Origin: Prorocentrum cordatum
Lineage: Eukaryota
DNA length: 64,000 nt
Direction: 5' to 3'
Assembly: GCA_963575745.1 (NCBI GenBank)
Contig: CAUYUJ010000004.1
Span: 496,001 to 560,000 of the forward strand
Every line of letters begins with the position of its first letter. The stretch's first letter is position 1. Made by a program: the position numbers and the translations under genes. The notes below the pieces were generated by a model. The model was not told the DNA's origin. It did no database searches and saw nothing but the letters and a program-made list of their open reading frames with translations. Below are positions 20,908-32,909 of this stretch, in pieces.

Positions 20908-22148
20908 TCAGGTGCTCAGAGTGGTGTCCTCGTCGGGATCCCTGGAAGCTGCGTCGAGGATTTCGCCGACGTGGTCTTCAAATGTCTCCCACGGTCTGCG
21001 GATGGAGGTGGGCACGGATCGGTCGTCCCAGCTGGTGTCGCCGACCACCATCTGAGCGTCCTCGAGGCTCTTGGGCATCCATCGCATCTTCTCTTGGTTG
21101 TGGAGGGCATTCCAAGCAGAGGTGACCTGTCCAGGGAGGAGCCCTTGTTGTCCCCGCGCCCTCGCGAACTGCAGGTAGGATGCAATCTCGAAGTTGGCAC
21201 AGTTGACGTAATCCTGCTGCTCCGCCGAGGTGAGCTCATCGAAGACTGCTCGAGCGCCTCTGCATTGAACGTCTGCGGCGATACTGTCGACGTCGCGCTC
21301 GTGGTGCAGCCCGCTCGGGTATGCAGGGTCGTTGTAGTTGTTGGCGCTGAAGCCGTCGGCGGCAGGGTCCTCGTAGTTGTCCCCCTGGTCGTCGCTGGCA
21401 GCGGTGGTGGTGGTCTCCATGGCCGCGTCGATTGCCACGGTGACGACGACGCCGCGGACGCTGCATGCGTCCCAGCAGAGGCAGTGGAGGACGGGCCGTC
21501 GCTCCTGCCAGCTGCCGGCTCCCCTTTTCCTCCGTCTGGAGGGGCGGTGAGCTGGACCCCCGCTCTCCTGTACCTCCAACCTATGGTCGTTCTCTGTGTG
21601 GCTGGCGGTGTTTATCAAATCGTTATGAGCAAGATTGGCCGGTCTGGCATTGCTCGCTGAAGAGAAGTGGTATTGCTTCTTGCCGCGATTGCACTCTGCG
21701 CAGAAGGGCACGTCATCTGGCTTGTTCTGGTCAGCTGGCTCCAGCGGGATGGCGAAATTGCCCTCCTCGATCAGCAAGGCAGCGCTGGGGTCAGCAAAGT
21801 ATGGGTGATCGTGGTATTCTTCCTCGTTCGGCAGGGCCACGGTGGAGCTACACGCAAGGCTCCGATACTTTCCCTTCTGGTGTTCGTTGATAATGTTGGT
21901 GGACGGGATACTGGGCGGACAACCTTTCGGCACAAACATCTTCGCGTACGGGTTGAGGGTGGCATGGGCAAGGGTAGCGTGGTTTTGCCAACCTCCACAA
22001 CGATGTACCTGGTCTCGATGATCGGGCGATCGGTCTCTGGCATGATGTGCCTCCGGATTGCTGCCTCGGCAGTCTCAGTTCTTCTGGCTCTGGCAGCCCT
22101 CTGGGCAGCCGTGGGTCCCAGCGATTGGATCTCCAGGGTCCGCATCAT
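20908..22148 (-). pseudogene. Probable frameshifted gene of unknown function (CxxC-K-FS zinc knuckle; HMG-box-like segment)
   Basis: ORF 20908..21939 has CAECNRGKKQYHFS and ASYLQFARARG..GQVTSAWNALHNQEKMRW. The overlapping upstream ORF 21771..22148 looks coding until it changes frame. Confidence 0.4.
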
Positions 22149-22462
22149 GCTGCTCGATTTTGATGACTTGCTGTGTTTGATGGGAGAGATGGGAACGATG
22201 CGTACGCATCGGGCCGCTTTGCACTCGGGCAGCCCCCCGTGGCCTTGGCCTACGTGTTCATGATTTCACCTGCAGCGGAGAAAGGCGCGGGCGGGGCCGG
22301 AGGGACCGCGGGCGCCATGGCGTCGGCGCCGCGCCTGGGCGTCGCCGCGAGCTGAGGGGGATGGCGCGCACCCAATCGTTCGGGCGGAGACGCCTCTCCT
22401 CCTCCTCCTCCTCCTCCTCCTCCTCCTCCTCCTCCTCCTCCTCCTCCTCCTCTTCCTTCCCC

Positions 22463-22484
22463 TCCGTAGACGTTTTGGCTCAAG
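22463..22484 (+). other. Relict dinoflagellate spliced leader (DinoSL)
   Basis: TCCGTAGACGTTTTGGCTCAAG versus DCCGTAGCCATTTTGGCTCAAG: 20/22 identical. Confidence 0.9.
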
Positions 22485-22489
22485 TCTCC

Positions 22490-23010
22490 ATGTCGCCCAG
22501 CGGCAGCGTGGAGACCGCTTGTCCGCCGCCATACAATCTTGCGCGATCAACTATTTTGTCCTCGGCGCGCGCGCGTCGGGTCCTTGGATGCCCGCTGATG
22601 CACTGGTTCTCAAAACTGATGCGAGGAAGAAAGCGAGGAATGAACTCAAGGCGGCCCGTCCCAAGAGCTGATTGTGAGTCCGGTGATGACGATATTCCTG
22701 ACGCTGCAGCCGTTCCAGCCAATGCCCGCGCTGCTGAACGCGATCTTGGTGCTGTCGCCCTTCCTGCTTCTGGCGGCCCCGCTGGTGAAGCTATGGGTGA
22801 GTGGGAAGAGGTGGATGAAGAGCATGATGAATATGTTCGGCTCGTCGCCAAGGAGTTCACCAATCTGCTCAAATAATATAAGGAGTCCATGCTGGAGACC
22901 ATCTCTGCCTCGGTCGCTGCCGCTGTCCGCCCCTTCGCGGAGCAGTTCGAGACCCGCGGCAAGAGTGCTGCCGTTCTGGCGGCGGGTGTCCGCGACATTC
23001 CCATTTGTTT
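22490..23010 (+). pseudogene. Decayed retroposed ORF (possibly LINE ORF1-like) behind the relict SL
   Basis: An ATG lies 6 nt after the SL. A coiled-coil-like segment EYVRLVAKEFTNLLK*YKESMLETISASV is interrupted by an in-frame stop. Confidence 0.4.
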
Positions 23011-23259
23011 TTTCTTTTTTTCCGCGGGGGGTCAACCTTCGCGGCGACCCGTTAAGCCCGGGACCCTTGGCGGCGCATGGATTTATTTCCTTCTTCCGCG
23101 CGCGAGTTGCCATTGGAAGCCTTGAGCCCCTCCGACTACCGTACAATTAATACTTGAGCACGACTGGTACTATCGTATACTAACGTGCAGTTGTTCCTAG
23201 AGAGCACAGTGTCTTGCTGTGCAAGTGTTATTGTGGAATTGGTATCAGATTACAACTGG

Positions 23260-23660
23260 TAAAACTGTGCGCCCTAGTACAACTCCCTGGTACAATGCCC
23301 TAATACTGGTACAACTCCCTGATACATCTCCCTAGTGCAACTCCCTGGTACAATTCTCTAGCACAAATCGTACCAGTGCATCTCTTCGATGCAATTCCCG
23401 AGTGCTAGTACAACTCGCTAGGACAAGTCCTTAGTGCAAATCCCAGGTACAACTGCCTAGTCGTAACACAAGTTATAATACAACTCCGTAGTGCAACCTA
23501 GCGATATAATGTACTCGTACAGCTCCCAATTGAAACCTCCTAAACAATTAATTCTCAAGTCCAAGCAGTATTCGTACAACTCCCTAGCACAAGTCCCTCG
23601 CACAATTCCTTAGTATTAGTGCATCTCCGGAACACAAATCCTTCATTACCAGCACAACTG
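23260..23660. repeat. Degenerate ~18-19-bp tandem repeat (ctagtacaactcc)
   Basis: Recurrent ctggtacaactccct / ctagtgcaactcc / ctagcacaagtcc units. Confidence 0.75.
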
Positions 23661-23939
23661 TCTATTGCAACCACTATACTCGAATGTTGCTGCATTGCAC
23701 TTACAGTCTGGGCTCTCGCGCTTTTTGTCTCCTGGTTGCGCCGGGGTGGGTGGGGCCCCTCGCGCGGGCGCCCCCGCGGCTGAGAATTCATTCTTCTTCC
23801 AGAATTTGAGGCGGGGGTAACCCCCGTGTTCGAACCCTTCGCCAGGGATTTTTGCCCTCCGCGGAAACCGGACCCCCTGGGTTCCTGGGGGCGCCCCAGA
23901 AGTTTTCTCTTTCCGGATAGGTCCCCACGGGTCCTTTAT

Positions 23940-26700
23940 TGGAGTCGCTGCTTCGCTGCACGTCGCCCCCGACGCGAACGCGCGACATATTCGCATGGAT
24001 GCGCAGGAAGTGAGCGACCGCTAGGCTCGTGTCTGCCCCCTCGCACAGCGGGCGGAGAAGCCGGCTGGTCGCCGAAAGATCCCGCGCCGTACCTTCGAGT
24101 CGAAGGCCCCTCAAGAGTTGCTGCGCAAGGTCGCGGACAGGCTGAATTTTCAGGGCCGCTTGCCCCCGCGCCAAGTTGAGCCATTCATTTGGGCCTTTCG
24201 TAGTCGCACGCGAAGTCCGCGATCGTCTTCTTCCAGGTGCGACGGGGGATCTGGGATCCCAGCTGGCGGTCCCTCGTCAGATATCGCGCGCGTTCTGGTG
24301 TAATGACGTCGCACTTGCGGTTCGCCTGCGTGGGGCCCATCCTGCGGCGACTGAATTTCAATCGATCTCGACTGGCGCGGCCACGCTTGTTGACGCGCCG
24401 CCCTTCCAGCGGTGGAGTGAGCGCATAGCGACGGCGCGCCGACCTTCGCCGTCGGCAGCACGAGGCTGGCCTTGCCCATTGCCGCCCTAAGCAGAAACTT
24501 CGCCATCAACTCCAAGCTCTCGAGCGGCGCGCTACCACGTGGCCACCGTTGTCCAGGCGCGCGGTCTTGCAAGGCATCCGAGCCACTGCAGGCGGTGGCG
24601 ACGCGGCGACGGACAGACTGCGCATGCGCGCCCGTCTCGTCGAGCACTGGGAGCCATTCGCGCGGCTCAGCGCGCTGCCGATCGCGCGGCTCAGCGCGCT
24701 CGGCCGCCGGACTACAGCGCGGTTGACCCTCCGACCCCTGGTCTTTCCCAATCGGTCGCGCGACGCCTTCGTCGCTGGGGGCCGGGGCTAGATGGCGCCC
24801 CGCGCTCGGCGCATCAGTCCTCTGAGCTGGGCTTGACATCCTCTCCGATGAGATGATGTGGGCCCTCCCTGGTAAGTCGTTATTCAAGTCCTCGAATGAC
24901 ACGTCGCAGGTCTAGCTGCCCGAGGGCGAGGAGGCCTCTGACTCTGTCGCGGCAGGCTGCACGCGCACTCCCTCCGCTGCCAGGGTGCCGGGCCTGCGCG
25001 ACGCCGACCTGGAGATCGCCGCCGCGACGGTCGACGTCTGCTCTTCACCTTTCTTGCGCGACTGGGCGCCTCGTTCGCAGAGGGGCTTCGCTCCCCCCAG
25101 GAGCTGCGGGATCAACGTCCCAGAGTTAGACGCGCTGAGAAGGGCCCTCCACAATGCTCCTCGCGCTCGCGAGGAACTTCCCGCGCTAGTGGTTTTCGAT
25201 TACGGCGCGGCGTGCCCGAGTCTGCCCCTAGAGTTTATCTACCTTGTCTTTCGTGCGATGCGCGCCCTTCGCGCTTTCCTCGCTGTCATCGACCAGCTGC
25301 ATTTGGAGCTTGAGGCCCTTGCGCTGGCGCGGGAGAGGCCGACGCGTTCGCGGTGGGCCCCCTCAGGCTCCGCGCAGGGTCGCGCGCTCAGTGGCTCGAT
25401 GTACGCCGCTGCCACTTCGCCCTTCTTCGTTGACCTGCAAGCGCGCGGGGGCCCCTCGGCGTCGCGCGAGAGCGCGCAGACGACGTAGGCAGTCAGTTAT
25501 GCGAAGCGTCTCGCCTCCCTCGCCGCCCTCGCGGAGGGCGTGGCCATGGCTGAGCTCATCGCAGCGCTCGAGCTCTCAGGATCGACAAATGCAAGTTGGT
25601 TATTCTACGCTGCGCCTTCTCTGAGGAAGTGGCCCTGGAGGTTCGCGCGGCGCCTCGTCGTCTTGCGCCGTGTTATGCCAGCGCTGCGATTGCCGAGTCG
25701 CCGAGGACGGTCGGGCACAGCAATATTCGCGCCTCGCGTTTGCCCGCGTCGCCGCTGTCCTCTCATGCGCGGCGAAATATCGGAACATGCCGCGATGGTT
25801 GCTTAGGGAGGCGTGTGTCGCCTTGGCTCGCTCGTTTCACCTGCCGGCCTGGCTCCGACTGCGCTCAGCTGGTGGCCCGGCGATATCATGTTGTTTGGCG
25901 CTCAGTGCGGCCGCGCTTCTTCGCGGGGCCCACCGCATTCTTCCTGAGTCCACTCGGCTCCACGACCAGCTTTATCGGCAACGTGACAGATTGGGAGACA
26001 ATCGGCCCCAGGCTCAGGCTGGCTCTTCGAGACCTTGCCCGCGCTTCTGGCGCAGCGAGGCCTTCGTCGAGACTCTCGTCAACATGCACGGTTGCGCCGC
26101 CTCGCCCGCCCACCCACTGGACCTCCAGCTGGCCGCCCGGGCCTCCGCGCAGACAGCGCGCGAGAGCCCTCGCCAGGGCAAGGGCGCGCGGCGCATCGTC
26201 GCCCAAGCGGCGAAGCACTACTTCAACCCGCGCCCGATCTGGAAGCGCGTCGAGGCGCGCCTGGTCGCCGCCTTCCCCGACATGGGCATGCGCATCGCTT
26301 CTGAGCGACCGGGGACGAGGTGGAAGGACATGCGCAGGCACCTTCGTGGCTGCTCGTTTCCCCGATCGATCCTATCTCAGCCTGGTGGGCCACTTCTCAC
26401 CGCGTTATTGGCGATCGCGGGCGGCTTCCGCGCCGCTTCGGCTGCCCTGGCGGCAGTGATCGCCTGCCTTGCTTGCGGGGCCCGAGCTTCCATCGCCGCG
26501 TTGAACATGTCGCGGGCTACTCGCGCCCGGCGCACCCACTTGGAAGACTTGGTCTTGCTGACAGCGCCGTTGACCTCAATCAGATTGCCTAGGCATCGCC
26601 ATCGTGCACTTCGCCTACCACGCAGCGCCCCGCGAGGCATCGCTAGGTATCCGGTCGCCTGCCTTTGCCCGCCTTGGCGCGCTGGCTGCTCTCAGGGCCG
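23940..26700 (+). mobile_element. Degenerate non-LTR retrotransposon (LINE) reverse transcriptase
   Basis: ORF 24985..25488 has GLRDADLEIAA, QRGFAPPRSCGINVPELD, VFDYGAACPSL and SGSAQGRALSGSMY. A frameshifted RERADDVG (YADD box) lies at ~25465-25490. Many stops and frameshifts. Confidence 0.85.
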
Positions 26701-27039
26701 CCCCCTTTTTTGTTCCAAGTTGCGGGGCCGGCTTCCTTTCGGAGCTCAGAAGCGGCAGCCGCGGCCACCGACCAAGCCGGCGCTCTCTCCCACTGCGGCG
26801 GATTCCTCCTGCATCCCCCCCCCTCCATCGAGCTACCGCCCCTCGAGCTCGAGCAGCTCGTCTAGCTCGCGCGGGCCTTGGCCCCTCCTTGGCATCATCG
26901 ACATGGCTTTCGAGTTGGCGGAGTTCGACCACGAGAGCGAAAGCAGTGAGTCAAACGCCGCGCCGACATTTGCCACGCCTACAGGTCCCGAGCACCCGCG
27001 TGTATATGATCCTCTTGCTGGCACGGGTCTTCCACTTGT

Positions 27040-30000
27040 TCCTCATTGCCCTCCTGTGCTGGATCATCCTCCTGCGCGGGGCTATCCACCCGGGCTGGGC
27101 CCTCCATCTGCTCTGGGTCATCCACTCGCGCTGGGTATTCCACCTGCGCTGGTTCCTCTCGCTGCAGCAGCGGCATGCCACCGGCCCAATGCGATGGCGG
27201 CGCTGCTGGAAGCTAACGGCGCTCTATCCCGAGCTGCTGGCGTTCCCCCGCTTTGGTCTCCCTGTCCACATTCATGGCGCGGCCAACGTCATTGTGGATC
27301 ACCCCCTTGGCCTTCCCAACGTCCTTCCGCCGCCTGCTGGGCCGCCGCCCTTCGTCAACGACGGACATCTGAAACGCGCGCTCGCTCTCGTGGATGTCCG
27401 GGCTCCTTCGCCAGGTCGTCGTGGATTCGCCCGCTGGGTGCCCGTGAACCTCGACCAGGTCTTCGAGCAAGGCCCGTCTGGCGCTGGTTCTCGACACGGG
27501 TGGCCCGCTCTTCCTGGAGCTGGCAATTCTGGGGGGCGCCGCCTCGGACCCCTTCCCCAGCGGATATGGCTCCGGTGCTTTTGCCGACGCATGCCCTGGC
27601 CTCTGCCCGAAGAGCGAATCCTCACTCACCGCGTTGTTTCGAGGCGTCTCTTCCGGCAACATCACGAGGGGCAGCGTCGTCCCCAGCGAGGTTGGGCGCG
27701 TGCGCATTGGGCGCGCAATCGCACGTCCCTATCGATAACGTCGGGGGCGACGAGCCGCTTGACCAGGCGCTCAATGGGCCCCCCAGAACATGGGGCTTCC
27801 TCCAGCGGGCCTCCCACCTGTTGTGAATTCTCTAGCTGACTGCCCCAAATGCGAGAAACCCTTGGGCGGCGGGCCGCGATCTGGTTCGATGACACGAACG
27901 TGATCTCCTCCAACGCCAGCTGGATGCAGCGGCGCGTTCCTCCTTGGAAGGAATACCCCTTCACTCGGGAATGAGGGCCCGCGACGTTTGCCCCAGCGGC
28001 GGTGGCCAGGCAGGCCCAGTAGAGAAACGACCCAGGAATTGGCTAGCCTGGCCAACCTATCTACCAGTAAGCGGTGCCGCCAGGAGATGGAGCACTTGCG
28101 TGCGCTTGCTGATCTGCGAAGCACGTTCAGAAGGGCGCCTGGAGATCACGCACCTCGCGCGACTCAGCCCCAACGGCCTGGCAAGGCTCAAGCGGAAGAT
28201 GGAGAGGCCGATGGAGAGGACCAAGTTAATGGAGAGGCTCAAGCGGACGATCCATTGGAAGAAGACTTCGGCGTTTGCTTGATTGGCGTCTGCTCGCAAA
28301 TCCTCGAGATGGCCTCCCAGGTTGCCTCGCCCGCTGCTGGGCCTTTGGGCGATCAGCCGCCATGCTGTGGTGGAGGGGGCGAGCTGGCCGTGCCTGGCGT
28401 TGGGGCGCAAATCCCGATGGTGCATTCAGGTTCTGGTCGCATCACGTTTTGCTACGGTTCGGGAAGTAGTGGTCCTGGAGATGGCCTCCCAGGCTCGTCG
28501 TCACCGCGTCCGCTCCTGCTGGATCGCTGCGGTTCTGGTCCTCGCACTCCTCGACGAGATGCCCGCCGTCGACGGCAAGAGCCCACCGACTGCGTTTCCA
28601 TGTGGGCGTCGGGTTGGTTGCCATCCGTCGTCTGCCCCTAGCCTGGGGGCAACTTCAGCACCTGGCTCGATTGGTGTGTCGACCATGTCTTTGGAGCGCC
28701 CCACTACGAAGGTTTCGCCCCCGCCTTTGCCGGCGGGACCGCGGGCCTCACTGCGGCGATGAGACAGGCGGCCGAGGAGATATGCTTAGCTGTCTGGTAC
28801 AACTCTGCTCCCAACCGTGAGAGACTGCGACAGCTCTTCATCGCGCGATGCCGCTGCGTGACCACGACGCCCTCAAGGCCGCTTGGCACTGGCTCCAAAT
28901 CCACATTCGCATGCTGACGTGGAAGCCTGACCCGCCCCGCGTGGACTCCGATGCGAGGGTGCGGTTCCTTGAATAGGTTGCTTCGACAGGAACCTGGCGC
29001 CGTGGCGGGGGGCCTTGCTGCTCCCGAGCCGAACCCGCTGATCTGGTTCCACGAGAACTCCCCCGAGGTCATGGACACCGACCCACATGGGCCCAAGCTT
29101 CGCTTGTTGCCATCATCTTCCGATTCCGATGCGCAACCGCCCAACAAGAGCGATGTGCAGCTCCACGTCGAATGCCCGTCGTTCGACGACCGACAGAGGA
29201 TCGGCGCCGTGCGTCCTCCACCCCTCGAGGACGACGCAATGAGCGATTGCGAATTCGGTTGCGTCTTCGGTCCGCAGGTACTTTCGCCTTCCGATCCCGA
29301 CTGGCGCGCCCAGCCTCTTGCGCCCAACCTTGGCACGATTGCCGGAGCCGCTTCGGCGACGCGCCCCTCGCGGCCCGCCGGCGGCTCATCCAACCCCCAT
29401 ACCGCCCGGCGGTGATGCGGATGTCCTTCGCTGGCTTGTTCCGCCACCGGCGGGCCCCGCTGCGCTTGCCCGCGTCGAAGTTCCTTCTCGAGCAACTCAG
29501 CTCATGGTGCTTGCGCGGAATGATACCCTGGGCGGCGCTGCCACATGGTTGACGCGGTGGTCTCCGATGACTGGCTGCGAGCAACCTCCTCGGCTTCGCC
29601 GGCTGCTTCTCATCCGCCGCTTCCTGTGCTTGAGCCCCCTCATGGGCTGGGCGCCCATGCTGGCGCGAGCCCTGCGCCCGAAAGTCCTCAACCACCTAAG
29701 CTCGAGCGCCCTGGCTTCTGCGGGCGACGCCGATTGCAGAGCGCCGACTACGACATGGCGCGTGCTGCGTGCGGCGAGCTGCTCGATGACCGCGCGCCAC
29801 AACCGCTGCCGTTGGACTATCCTCCTGGACGACCAGCCCCCCCCTGTGCCTGAGCGCCCTCGCAGGCTGGGCCCTCATGCTGGTTCGAGACCCGTGCCTG
29901 AGGATCCTCGACCGCCTGAGCCCGATCCTCCTCCTGCGATAGATCATCCACCTGAACGCGGCCCCCCCCTTGCCTTGGGTCTTCATCCTGCACTGGGTCC

Positions 30001-30480
30001 TCCACCTGCGCTGGGTCACCCACCTGCGCTGGTTCTTCCACCTGACCTTGCTGCGCACCAGGGGAGATGCGAGGTGGCTCTGCCGCTGCTGACGCGGACC
30101 TCGTGGCGCCTCGTTCGGCGGCCGAAGTTCCATGCCTCCTGCCGACGACGATGGCGGCGCTGCATGGCGTCATTATTTTTGTTGCCCGAGCGGCTGGCGT
30201 TCCCCCACTTCTTCTTCTTCTTCTTGGCCACGCGCATGGCGCTGCTGAAGATCTCGCCGAATGCCTTCCTGGCCTTCCCGATGCTGTTCAGCATCCTGTC
30301 GGGCCGCCGACACTCCCCAATGACGAGCAACTCGCCTGTGCGCTTGCGCATTTTTATCGTCGAGCCTTTTTTCCTGATCAGCGCGAGCACGTCCGCTGGA
30401 TGCTCGCGAGCCCTGGCAGCGTCTTCGAGCTGGGCCCGTCTGCTCATGCCCACGGGACCGGCCCGCTCTTTCTGGAGCTG
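27040..30480 (+). repeat. Diverged duplicated segment (~27040-27520 and ~29920-30480) with 18-bp ALGHPP-type repeats
   Basis: Shared gatcatcc(t/a)cctg..ctgggtca(t/c)ccac..ctgcgctggttc, gatggcggcgctgc, cccgagc(t/g)gctggcgttccccc and tcttcgagc..ggcccgtctg. Confidence 0.65.
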
Positions 30481-32447
30481 GCTGACCTCGAGGGCGCGGC
30501 GGCGGACCTCAACATCGATGGCTATGACTTCGGCACCGCTGCCGCCGCCTTCCCCGACTTCTGCCCGTCGGACGCCGACCACTTACCCGAGCCTCTCGAG
30601 TACGACTCCACCGACCAGAACAACATCGACTACGCCGTCCCCGACGCCGGCGACCGCCTGGACAATTTCAACGCGAGCCTGAGAGGCTCGGCGCAGGCTC
30701 GGCCGTGGGCGAGGAGGGGCCGCGCTGGGATGCTCGCTCCTCCTTTTTCTTTCCTTCATCCTCCTTCTCCTACTCGTCGTCCTCTGCTTTTCCCTCCCCC
30801 CCCTCCTCCCCTCCTCTCTCCCCTTTCCCCCCACTCCGCTGTCTTCCTCCTCCTCCGCTTCCTTCTTTTTCTCCTTTCCCTTTCCCTTCCCCTCTTCCCC
30901 CTTTCCCCTTCCCCCCCTCTTTCCTCTTCCCCCCGCTCCACCGTTTTCGTCGTCATCGCCCTTCCCCCCCTCCTCATCTTCCTTCCCTTCCTCCATCCAT
31001 ATCCCTTATAACTAATATTTCCCTGTTGCCCCCCCGATTGACGTGTCGGCGGGGCGGGCTGGGCGTTTCGCCTGGCAGTTCTCCACTTTTGTATGATCCC
31101 GAAGGTAGATGTTTTAGCAGTTTCAGGCATGGGGAGCGGGGCTTTCTCAGCATGTGGATCTCGCCTTTTGGCCTCGCGCATCGTCGCCAACGCTTGCAAC
31201 CGCAAGTATGGATGCAGGACGAGCCGTTTTCAAACTATGGCCCTCGCCTCAGCGCCGTGCATGCTCGTTTCAACAGTAACAACAAATTCAAGGACGGATG
31301 GCGGGCCGTTTCCAAAGTATGGCCCTCGCCTCGGCGCCGCGCGCGATCGTCGTAAACGTGTGCAGCAATTTCATAGATGGAAAATGGTTCCTTTTTCGAA
31401 AAGTGGCGCCCTTGTGCCCCGCATGTTTGCACTAAATGTATGCAGCCGTTTCAAGGGTTCCTACGGTCGCAGTTCGAATGTCCGGGCGCCACAGCCACGT
31501 TAATTCGCAGCGATGAAGACCCGGGAGTGATGTTTTGGCACGACTGAGGAATATCAGATGGTTGTTTTCCAATGGGGCACGTCCCACAATAAAAACCAAT
31601 TCCTGCAGGGACCGGTGACAAAAGGAAACTTGGCGAGAGGGTTCATTCAACATCGTCGACGCGCCTTGGGTTTACACAGGTCCTTCTCCTCTTCCTCTCC
31701 TTCCTTGAGGGCTCCTCCTCCTCCTCCTCCTCCTCTTCCTCCTCCTCCTCATACTCCTCCCCCACAGTCCTTTTCCGTTTCTTCCTCCTTCCCCTCCCCC
31801 TCCTTTTTCCCCTCATTTTTTATTTTCCTTCGTCCTCCGCCCATTCCAATGTTTGCTTTCGCTCATGCGCGTTTCTGTGCACTGCGCGCGCGTTAGCGCG
31901 TTAGCACGCGTCCTTGTCTTTCGAAGTCCAGTCGAGACTCTCGTCTGCGCTTCGGCATTCCTCCATTACTCCTCATCGTCCTCCCCCTCGTTCCCCCCTC
32001 TTCCTCTCAAGTATCATATCTGGTCAAGGTAGCGCTGGTTCCTGCCAGTTGCTCGCCCCGGATGCCCACAGGGCTGTATCATTTTGTGTGCATGTTCGAG
32101 CGCCCATTCGGAGATTTTCTTCATGGAGGTAAAAGCTGGGGCGGGCTGGTCTCAGCATTTCTCGCGACACTGTTCGTGGTCTTTTGTTGACCGTTCATCG
32201 CGCGTACTTGAGGCTGTTTTTTTATCCCAGGGTCTGGAAGTCACATCGTGCTAGCTGAGGTCTCTTTAATTGGCGTGTGTGTCTCTGGTATCGCTGGGCG
32301 TAACTGTCATCACCTTGGGCGTGTTGCTATCCTGCATGCTCGGCTCCGTCGGCGGGCTATGCCGTTTGCCTATGGGATACCCCTTGAGGGTCTTGCGTTA
32401 CGTCGGCTTGGTGTCGTTGTGGCGGCGCGAGGTGTGTTAGTTGTAAT

Positions 32448-32909
32448 GGCCTCTGGCCAGTGCCGCCGATCCGGGGGGCTCCGGCTTCGGTGATCTTCGC
32501 GACTCTGTGGCCTCCTCCCTCCTCGATTGTTTTGGTCCTCTTTCTTCTCCTTTGGGGGGGTGCCTGGAGCGGTCCCGGGGGGGGTCCGGGGAGGGTTTCG
32601 AGGGGAGGGTCCCGGGGGCGGTAGCGGCTAGATCAGAGGGGAGGTCCCTGGGACCCCCCGAAACGTTTTGGGGATGCGCAAATCAGTAAGAAAACGCCAG
32701 ATGGGGGACCGCCCCCCCCCCTCTCCCCCCCTTCCTTGGGGTGGGTCCGGATGCGCAAATCATGCCAGATGCCCCCCCCCTTCCTCCCCCCCTTCCCTGG
32801 CAGAGCCACCCGGGCGACCCCTTCCAAGCAGAGCTGAAGCTCTTGCTTAGGCTCAGAGCTGAAGCTTTTGCTGAGGCTCCTTGTAGCTCACACGCCGGAT
32901 CGGCGGATT
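32448..32909 (-). mobile_element. Non-autonomous Helentron/Helitron2-like element
   Basis: GGCC-TCT-GGCC hairpin (32448-32458), subterminal CCGCCGATCCGG (32463-32474) and its reverse complement CCGGATCGGCGG (32895-32906). The same ends recur at 38663-40307. Confidence 0.65.
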
